Part shown: in pieces, positions 1 through 10,134 of the stretch
Position numbering within the stretch: the first letter of the stretch is position 1
Layout: each line of letters begins with the position of its first letter
Virus record (IMG/VR): IMGVR_UViG_3300045988_179268
Coordinates: 64,001-128,000 of that record
Direction: 5' to 3' (one strand)
DNA from: a virus
DNA: 64,000 nt
Notes under the pieces: generated by a model
Told to the model about the DNA's origin: nothing
Seen by the model: only the letters and a program-made list of their open reading frames with translations
The model's database searches: none
Made by a program: the position numbers and the translations under genes

Positions 1-20
1 AGTCTGTTGTTGCGTCGGCG

Positions 21-1265
21 GTGGCTGGCTGTGTCGGGTCTACACTTTTCTTCACTGGGTGGGGTGTTCATTTAGGTGATTCTACCTATCTGACTCGCAC
101 ATATGGGGTTGTGGGTTCTGCCGCTGATGGCATGTATAGTGGACTGGATGACTTTTTCGGGTTTAAGGCTCAGATTAAAGGGGATGATGGGCGAGGTGGC
201 GTTGTCACTTATGCTGGTAGCGACAGCATGGGCGTGACGGATAAGGGGTTGCTGTACGCCCCTAAGCCTTCCACTGAGTTTAAGAATGAGTCATGCCCTA
301 CATACCCGGCAGGCGTGAATGGCTCCTCTGCTGATGCACCTAAAAGTGTGGGGGATAGGGTGGCGGGGTGGTGGGCTCCGTCGTTAAGGTCGAGGACTCA
401 GGTTGTTCAGGGTGCCCAGGTTACGCCTTCGGGGTTCAGTAATAATGCTGTGACGTTGCCTGCCGCGCCCAATGGTGTCTGGTATGCCTCCGGGTCGCCG
501 TTAAGTTCTAATGAGGGTGCTTCCATTCTTGCTGGGCATATTAATCTCAACGATGGTTCATTGTCGCCGTGGGGTTATTTGCATAGGCTTGATAAGTGTT
601 CCCATATTTATATGAATGACGAGCATGGTAATCGTCATGAGTTTGTTGTGACCGGCATGTACCTAGTGAAGCAGGAAGATTTAGCTTCACATAGTGAGCT
701 GTGGCGTAAAGACGGTGATAAGAAAGCGTATTTCATCACTTGCTCCGGCAGTTCTGTTGGTACTGACGGTACGCAGGAAGCGTCCTCAACTTTCTTATTC
801 AATTACGAATATAATTTGGTTGTTGAGGGCACCCCGGTTGATGGTTCTTACCCGAAGCCTACCGCTTCCCCTAGCGCTACAACTCGCACACCTGTTGTGA
901 CTGAGGTCCCAGCTACGGTTACTGAAACTCCTAGTGCCTCTCCGTCGCACACTGCTGAACCTAGTACGCAGGCTCCCGCTCCTGCAACCGAAGCCCAGCC
1001 TCCTGCTGAGTCTGCGCCTGTAGTGACGAGTGACCCGGCGGCTGTTCCTCATGTTGAGGCTACACCGGCGGTTGCGGCTAACAATAACGCGGATAAGAGT
1101 TCGAGTTCTAACGCGGCAGTTGCGCCCATCACAAGGGATACTGCTACTGCTAAGCCTGCTCCGGCGGCTACACGTTCAACGTCCACTGCAACACCTAATA
1201 ATAAGCCTTCCGCTTCGGCATCGCCAAGCCCTAAGCCTTCTGCTTCTAAATCGGCTAACCGTTAA
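21..1265 (+). CDS. Sortase-fold (class F-like) protein with a long Pro/Ala/Thr/Ser-rich C-terminal tail; probably 5'-truncated by the window edge
   Basis: The frame is open back to nt 3. N-terminal stretch is hydrophobic. SILAGHIN (His) and AYFITCSG (Cys) are spaced and flanked like the sortase His / TLxTC core. I could not find the usual downstream catalytic Arg (..YNLVVEG). The last ~140 aa are low complexity. Confidence 0.5.
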   Translation: MAGCVGSTLFFTGWGVHLGDSTYLTRTYGVVGSAADGMYSGLDDFFGFKAQIKGDDGRGGVVTYAGSDSMGVTDKGLLYAPKPSTEFKNESCPTYPAGVNGSSADAPKSVGDRVAGWWAPSLRSRTQVVQGAQVTPSGFSNNAVTLPAAPNGVWYASGSPLSSNEGASILAGHINLNDGSLSPWGYLHRLDKCSHIYMNDEHGNRHEFVVTGMYLVKQEDLASHSELWRKDGDKKAYFITCSGSSVGTDGTQEASSTFLFNYEYNLVVEGTPVDGSYPKPTASPSATTRTPVVTEVPATVTETPSASPSHTAEPSTQAPAPATEAQPPAESAPVVTSDPAAVPHVEATPAVAANNNADKSSSSNAAVAPITRDTATAKPAPAATRSTSTATPNNKPSASASPSPKPSASKSANR

Positions 1266-1340
1266 AAGTTGGGGTTAGATAAGCCACCTAACGCTATGTC
1301 TTTAGAAAGTATCTTTAGACCGTTAGGTGGTTTTTTCTTT

Positions 1341-2138
1341 ATGGCACATGAACAGATTGCGTTGCTGGATGCTAACGATAAGGTTGAGATTGCTCAGAGG
1401 CAGTTCGTGAAGAATCGTGAGCCTCGTTGCCCTGTTGTGATGATTTATGACTGCTCTCATTCTATGTTTATGGGTGACCGCCCTATGATTGATGAGTTGA
1501 AGCGCGGGCATGAGCTGTTACAGGTTGAGCTTCTTGAGGATGTTGTTGCGTCTGAGCGTGCTGACATGTCTTACATTATGTATGGTACTGAGGTTGCTCC
1601 GCCTACTATGTTCGCTACCCCTGGTGAGTGTGATGATGCCACTCAGGAGAAGGACAGGTTTAATAAGCTTGATTTTCAGGACATGGAGTTTACGTCTACA
1701 AATAAGGCGATTTTAGCGGCTATTGATGCTGTGGAGGAACGTCTCAAGCATTACGGCAACAGTGTCCCTCATTATGCGCCGATGATTTTCTTGATTACGG
1801 ATGGTCAGAGCAATGATGATAACGACATGTATGAGCCGGATGTTACGATGCGTCAGGCGGCAGTGAACGCTCTCCGTAGTAGGGTTGCACCGAATGGTAA
1901 GTGGACGTTTATGCCTATCTATATTTCTACGGGTTCCGCGTCGGTTGATGCTGAGATTCGTGATTCGTTGTCGATTTACCCGGTGGCTCCTGCGCCTCAG
2001 CCTGTGGCTTTGAAGCCTGGTAGTTTGATGGAGTTTTTCAGGTGGGTTTCTGCGTCTATGCAGAAGCGTTCGGCTTCACGCACTGAGGAAGCGGTGGCGT
2101 TCCCTGATGCTTCAAGTTGGGTTATGCCGGGAGCATAA
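1341..2138 (+). CDS. TerY-like cytosolic von Willebrand factor A (vWA) domain protein
   Basis: MIDAS-like DCSHSM (DxSxS) follows the hydrophobic strand VVMIY; later IFLITDGQSNDD. No signal peptide or LPXTG. Start moved from TTG 1269 to ATG 1341 (MAHEQ..). Confidence 0.7.
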   Translation: MAHEQIALLDANDKVEIAQRQFVKNREPRCPVVMIYDCSHSMFMGDRPMIDELKRGHELLQVELLEDVVASERADMSYIMYGTEVAPPTMFATPGECDDATQEKDRFNKLDFQDMEFTSTNKAILAAIDAVEERLKHYGNSVPHYAPMIFLITDGQSNDDNDMYEPDVTMRQAAVNALRSRVAPNGKWTFMPIYISTGSASVDAEIRDSLSIYPVAPAPQPVALKPGSLMEFFRWVSASMQKRSASRTEEAVAFPDASSWVMPGA

Positions 2139-2184
2139 GGTATCCTTGACTGAATTGTTCTGTGTATTTTGGAAGGCGTGATTT

Positions 2185-3069
2185 ATGAGTGATGCGTTTT
2201 TGTATGACTGGTGTTTAGTGTCTGGTCGTTCCGTCCCGAAGCCTGTTTATCATGACGAGGAAACTAACCAGGATGCTTATGGTTCGTGGTGTGATGAGGC
2301 TGGGCGTGCTGTGATTGTTGCATGTGATGGGGCTGGTTCGTTGGCTAAGTCTCGCATTGGGGCACGCATTGTCGCTGACACTATTGTTTCTGAGGGGCGC
2401 GCCGCGCTTGAGAGGTTCACCCCTTCGGGTGATGCCTCTGAGGATGCTGAGGCTTTACGTGAGAGTATTCTTGCCGCGCTTGCTATGGCAATGAACACGG
2501 TGTGGGGTGCGCAGGATTCCGATGAGATGGGATGTACTGTTGCGGCGGCTATGTTCTGCGAGGGCGCATTTGCGTATGTAACTTTGGGCGATGCGTTTGT
2601 TCTGGTTGGCGATTATGCTGGTTCTACCCCTAAGTATCAGTCTCATGTCGAGATGTGGGATGCTCCAAATATTACGACGTTTACCACATCTGATAACCCG
2701 TACATATTAGTGTCCTGTGGTACGGGCGCTACTTGGTGTATGGTTGCTTCGGATGGGATGAAGAATCCTTTGGTTCGGGCGGCGACAGCTGACAGTGATG
2801 AGGCTATTGAGGAATCGTTGTTCCGTGAGGGTGATGATGGCGAACCTCCTCTGTATCTGGTGTTGTTCTCTTCAAAGCATACTGACGACTTTTTAGCCCA
2901 TTTGGAGCGTGAGAAGTATCTTGACGATGATACTACGTTTGTTATGGCTGGTTGTTTGAATAAGCCTGCTGATGGGTCTTTAAGGATGATTACTGAGTCT
3001 GCTAAGGCGAAGCTTGTCCCTGGTGATTATGGGTTCGTTGAACGTCTCCAGCTGGGCTTAGATAGTTAA
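2185..3069 (+). CDS. PP2C-family Ser/Thr protein phosphatase
   Basis: Motifs VIVACDGAGS, MVASDGMKNPL and LDDDTTFVMA match the PP2C metal-binding motif order (DGxG ... SDG ... DNxT-like). Confidence 0.7.
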   Translation: MSDAFLYDWCLVSGRSVPKPVYHDEETNQDAYGSWCDEAGRAVIVACDGAGSLAKSRIGARIVADTIVSEGRAALERFTPSGDASEDAEALRESILAALAMAMNTVWGAQDSDEMGCTVAAAMFCEGAFAYVTLGDAFVLVGDYAGSTPKYQSHVEMWDAPNITTFTTSDNPYILVSCGTGATWCMVASDGMKNPLVRAATADSDEAIEESLFREGDDGEPPLYLVLFSSKHTDDFLAHLEREKYLDDDTTFVMAGCLNKPADGSLRMITESAKAKLVPGDYGFVERLQLGLDS

Positions 3070-3151
3070 TTTTTGTCATGAGGGTGCTCACCTGTTCTAC
3101 CTTTCCGGTGGGCAGGGTGGGTACCCTCATCTTTTTTGAGGGGAGTTATTT

Positions 3152-5086
3152 TTGGCTGATTATATTGCCCGCTTAGCGGATGGGAAATCTTTCCCTGTTA
3201 GGCTGGAAGATTCACCGTTAGGTCGTGGTGGTGAAGGCGCTGTTTATGCCGTAAGTTCTGTAGGTTCTTCAACGTTGGGGTCTGCACATGATTTGGTAGG
3301 GAAGATTTACCACCATGACGAGTCTAAGCACGCACAGCGTGAAGCTAAGTGTTTGGCGATGGTTGCGAGTGTACCTCAGACTGATTCGATTGTGTGGAAC
3401 TTAGGTAACTTGTATGACACGAATGGCGAATTTGCGGGCTTCTTAATGAAGAGGTTGCAGATGGATGTTTACCGTAGTTTCATGGAGGTAGCTCATACTC
3501 GACATAGGCGCAAACGTTTCCCCGAGTGGTCTGTTATGCACGCCCTTCTTATGGCTAGAAACCTCGCTGTAGCTATTGACGCTGTACATACTGCCGGGCA
3601 TATGGTTGGCGATGTGAACGAGTCGAATGTTCTTGTGGCTAAGGACGCTACTGTGCGTATCGTGGACGCGGATAGCGTTCAGATTAGCGCGGGGGATAAG
3701 GTGTACCCCTGCGTGGTGGGTAAGCCTGAGTTTACTGCGCCTGAGATTGGCGAGGGTAGTTATGCGGAGGAACGCAACCGTAGAACTGTCGCTACGGACA
3801 TGTTCGCTTTTGTGGTGATGCTCTTTAATGCTTTAATGGGTAGGGCTCACCCAACAACTTGTAATTACAAAGGTGAGCATAAGGATGTTACAACGCTGAT
3901 TGATATGGGGGTTTACCCTACCTTTGTTCCAAAGTTACCGCGTGGTTTTTCGAAGTTGGATGAGCTGGAGTATGAGGCTATCCCGAGTAGGGTTCATGAC
4001 GTGATTGGGCGGGGTTTGTCTAGTGACCCTGCTAAGCGTCCAAGTTTCGATGAAGTTATCGCTGTTTTTGACGAGTTGTTTAAACGTGACGATGATGGGT
4101 ATGTTAATCTAACGCAGTGTTCTGTGTCGCCTTTGCATTGGTGGGATGCGCGTGATGGGGCTTCTTGTCCTATGTGTCGTTTCGCTTCCCGTAAGCCGGG
4201 CGCTGACATTTGGGGTGAGGATAAGTCTGCTGAGGACATGTCAGCTATTCTAGCTAAGGCTGAGAAGAAGCAGGCGAAGCGGAAAACAAAGTCAGCTAAG
4301 ACCACCCCTGGTGTTCAAGCACCTGGTTTGAAGGCTGTCCTCGCGAGGAAGAAAACTGTTGCCCCGCCAATACCAACGGGGCAAGGTACTCAAGGTCAGC
4401 CTTATCAGGGTGCTACACCTGTTCAAGGTGCTACCCAGCAGTCGGGTGCATCTCAGGGGAATACGGCGGCGGGTAGGTTGCCTGGCGCGCCACCAGATGT
4501 GCAGAAAGTGTCGGGCAAGCTTGCTGTCCTTGATGAAGATGGAAATTTGGTTGCCCGACCACCTATCTTAACTCTGGTTAAAGGTGATTCTTACCGTATT
4601 GCTTTTGATGCTTTGTCTGCTGAGAATCCCCGTATTATGCCGTGGGTGTCCTCGTACCGGGCGGTGCCTATTTGGTGGGTGGCGCTCCTTGCGTGTGTTG
4701 TTGCTTCGTTGGCGTGGTGGTTTGCCGCGCCGGGGATTACGGCATGGGTGGTGGCGGCTATTTTTGATGGCGGGGTTCCTGCCCATATCCTGCCTATTGT
4801 TGCGGGTGTCCAGTTTGCGATATGGGCTTTACCTGCGATAGCCGTTGGTTTGAGGTTCTTAAGTGGTCTGGTGTTATGGTGGCGGCGTGCCCGAGAGGTG
4901 AAGGAGAATGGTTATGGGGCGGTCGTTTTTGAGTCTGCCGGTCAAACTATTTTAAGTGTGGCACTTACGTCGCTGGTGTCTGGTATTCTTTTACCTGCAT
5001 TGTTACTCATTAATGTGCTTTTGAAGATAATCTATGAGATAATTTATAGTATCTTTTACTCAGGCGACTCTGCCAACAGGCGTTAG
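3152..5086 (+). CDS. Ser/Thr protein kinase fused to a Cys-rich (zinc-ribbon-like) segment, a Gln/Gly/Pro linker and a C-terminal polytopic membrane domain
   Basis: Kinase motifs: G-loop GRGGEGAVYAV, Lys in VGKIY, catalytic loop GDVNESNVLV, DFG-equivalent IVDADS, APE in EFTAPE. CSVSPLHWW..CPMCR follows the kinase. About 5-6 hydrophobic helices lie in the last ~190 aa. TTG start is preceded by GAGGGGAG. Confidence 0.8.
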   Translation: MADYIARLADGKSFPVRLEDSPLGRGGEGAVYAVSSVGSSTLGSAHDLVGKIYHHDESKHAQREAKCLAMVASVPQTDSIVWNLGNLYDTNGEFAGFLMKRLQMDVYRSFMEVAHTRHRRKRFPEWSVMHALLMARNLAVAIDAVHTAGHMVGDVNESNVLVAKDATVRIVDADSVQISAGDKVYPCVVGKPEFTAPEIGEGSYAEERNRRTVATDMFAFVVMLFNALMGRAHPTTCNYKGEHKDVTTLIDMGVYPTFVPKLPRGFSKLDELEYEAIPSRVHDVIGRGLSSDPAKRPSFDEVIAVFDELFKRDDDGYVNLTQCSVSPLHWWDARDGASCPMCRFASRKPGADIWGEDKSAEDMSAILAKAEKKQAKRKTKSAKTTPGVQAPGLKAVLARKKTVAPPIPTGQGTQGQPYQGATPVQGATQQSGASQGNTAAGRLPGAPPDVQKVSGKLAVLDEDGNLVARPPILTLVKGDSYRIAFDALSAENPRIMPWVSSYRAVPIWWVALLACVVASLAWWFAAPGITAWVVAAIFDGGVPAHILPIVAGVQFAIWALPAIAVGLRFLSGLVLWWRRAREVKENGYGAVVFESAGQTILSVALTSLVSGILLPALLLINVLLKIIYEIIYSIFYSGDSANRR

Positions 5087-5165
5087 AGTGGCTTACGGGT
5101 TTCCAGCTAAGTTGGGGGTTGCTTGAGTTTTTAAGTGACCCCCAACTTTTTGTAAGGAGTTAATA

Positions 5166-8266
<3,101 letters not shown>

Positions 8267-8303
8267 CGAAGCGCCATTACTTACTGACAAGCCAATATTT
8301 TTG

Positions 8304-8336
8304 AAGGCTGGAAGTTTGCTGTGAACTTCCAGCCTT
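8304..8336 (+). terminator. Hairpin terminator after ligA
   Basis: aaggctggaagtt (8304-8316) pairs perfectly with aacttccagcctt (8324-8336). A T-containing tail follows. Confidence 0.65.
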
Positions 8337-8357
8337 TGCTATATTTATCAAACCGGG

Positions 8358-8386
8358 TTGCAAACATCAGCAATTTTCGGTATAAT
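8358..8386 (+). promoter_or_regulatory. Near-consensus sigma-70-type promoter
   Basis: TTGCAA (8358-8363), 17-nt spacer, TATAAT (8381-8386), in an AT-rich gap. It would start a ~700-nt leader before rpf. Confidence 0.45.
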
Positions 8387-9091
8387 TAACCTTTAATCCA
8401 ACTTGTGCAAGATTGTATGTTTCTGTCATCTATTGTTGCAAAACTTGACGGCTTGTATCATACTATAAGTACAGGCGAGGATGAATCTGATGTAGTTATA
8501 CATTATGCTAATCCAAGCCAATAATCGAATCAATGCTAAAGCATAGTCACTACTACCAGCCCCCCCCTTACAAGACATTTAAATCCATCCACCGTCCTGG
8601 TTGCAATTTTTGTAACCGCCCCATATTTTTTTTTGACGAGATGCAGATTTGAACCGTCTTTACAGGGCATTGAGGCTGGGAGAAGGATTGCCTTAGATAC
8701 TTGGTTCAACTATATATGTAACCCTAAGCGTTCCGCGAGGGGCTAGAGGTGCTGTAGGGTGCCTATAACAGGTTTTGCCTGTTATGAATTAAATGCAATA
8801 TTTAAACCTATCTTATCTCAGTGGTTGTTCCTTTGATTAGGTTCAGCCCGTGTATCTGAACTCATTTCTGAGGAGGATACACTCGGTTCTTCTTCACGCC
8901 CCCACAGTTGGGGATGCACTCTGATTAGCTAATTCATAGAATGGCTGGTCACTTCAAGGGTGTATCGGATTCTGTGGTGAGCCGCCCACGAAGTTGAACT
9001 AGAAATTTAGCCCACTTTACACAAGAAGGGCGGGCGGAGGCGCGTTTGAGCTCTGGGGACGGGGCGAGCGAGGGCACCCTTAAGGAGTATT

Positions 9092-9892
9092 ATGAAGAAC
9101 ATTTCCATTCGTCGTGCCGCTGTAGCTCTTGCACTTGGTGGTCTTTCCGTTGGGGCGCTTGCTGTTCCTTCGGCTAACGCCGCTGATTTGGCTACTTGGG
9201 AAAAACTCGCTCAGTGTGAGTCGGGTGGTAATTGGTCTATCAATACTGGCAACGGTTTCTACGGCGGTTTGCAGTTCACTCAGCAGTCGTGGAATGGTGT
9301 TGGTATGAGTGGTTCGCCGCATACGGCTTCGAAGGAAGCTCAGATTGAAGCGGGCGAACGTCTTCTTGCTTTGCAGGGTTGGGGCGCATGGCCCGCCTGC
9401 ACAGCTAAATATGGTCTTTCTGGCGCGGCAACACCTACGTACACTGATACTGGTGTAGCAAAGTCTGCCGCTTCTACTTCGGCGGTATCTAGCGCCGCTG
9501 TTGTTGCTCCTCAGAGCAATACTCAGACTCCGGTTACTCAGCCGCAGGCTCCTGTGGCTGTTCAGGCTCCAGCTGTTGCTGAGTCCACGCCGGTTGCACA
9601 GGAACCTGTTGTTGAGGCTCCGGCTGTCACTTCTGCTGATGCGGCTTCTACTGCCGCTGTTGAATCCGCACCTGTAACCCCTGTGGTTGAGCCTGCCCCT
9701 GTTGAGACGGTTAAGGCTCCTCGTGTAGCTTCTTCTACTTATCAGGTTGTTGCTGGTGATACGCTGTCTCTTATTGCTAACCGTCTTGGTGTAGCTGGAG
9801 GCTATCAGGCTATTGCGGATGCTAATGTTGATGTAATTTATGATGTGAACCTTATTTTCCCCGGTCAGGTTTTGACTATTCCGGGACAGTAG
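9092..9892 (+). CDS. rpf: Secreted resuscitation-promoting factor (Rpf transglycosylase-like domain) with Ala/Pro/Val-rich linker and C-terminal LysM
   Basis: Signal peptide ending ..PSANA. Rpf core ATWEKLAQCESGGNWSINTGNGFYGGLQFTQQSW. LysM YQVVAGDTLSLIANRLGV..IFPGQVLTIP. RBS AAGGAG. Confidence 0.9.
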   Translation: MKNISIRRAAVALALGGLSVGALAVPSANAADLATWEKLAQCESGGNWSINTGNGFYGGLQFTQQSWNGVGMSGSPHTASKEAQIEAGERLLALQGWGAWPACTAKYGLSGAATPTYTDTGVAKSAASTSAVSSAAVVAPQSNTQTPVTQPQAPVAVQAPAVAESTPVAQEPVVEAPAVTSADAASTAAVESAPVTPVVEPAPVETVKAPRVASSTYQVVAGDTLSLIANRLGVAGGYQAIADANVDVIYDVNLIFPGQVLTIPGQ

Positions 9893-9979
9893 GGTACAAT
9901 ATTTATATAACATATTTTTGTCCGACTTAGTAAAAATTATATGTTGAGTAGGCGGCTAAGGTTAGTCTACTTTCTCACA

Positions 9980-10023
9980 ACTTGTGCCCCTGAGTTATCG
10001 CAAGGTATCTCAGGGGCACAAGT
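9980..10023 (+). terminator. Hairpin after rpf
   Basis: 15-bp perfect stem: acttgtgcccctgag (9980-9994) with ctcaggggcacaagt (10009-10023). Confidence 0.6.
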
Positions 10024-10066
10024 GTGTTTAAAAGCCATTTCGCGGGCTTTCCATATGAACACGCAC

Positions 10067-10115
10067 AGAGGGTGCCCACCAGAAACTTGCAACGGTTTTC
10101 TGGTGGGCACCCTCT
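10067..10115 (-). terminator. Hairpin after the minus-strand RepA-like gene
   Basis: 17-bp perfect stem: agagggtgcccaccaga (10067-10083) with tctggtgggcaccctct (10099-10115). It lies just downstream of the stop at 10135 on the minus strand. Confidence 0.6.
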
Positions 10116-10134
10116 AGTTATGGAAGCCCTGCTT

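Noticed and set aside
8445-8469. Second promoter TTGACG ... TATAAG in the ligA-rpf gap
   Set aside because: The spacer is only 13 nt (10 nt to the alternative TACTAT), which is too short for a sigma-70-type promoter.
8267-9091. tRNA or other small structured RNA gene in the AT-rich gap
   Set aside because: I found no cloverleaf-compatible segment or GTTCGAATC-type T-arm by eye. Only a short hairpin is present (ataacagg/cctgttat at 8765-8785).
9080-9913. 277-aa minus-strand ORF covering the whole rpf gene
   Set aside because: It is a mirror image of a gene with a textbook Rpf+LysM product. Its own translation is Arg/Ser/Asn-rich low complexity with no motif. This is an expected artefact of the strongly skewed composition.
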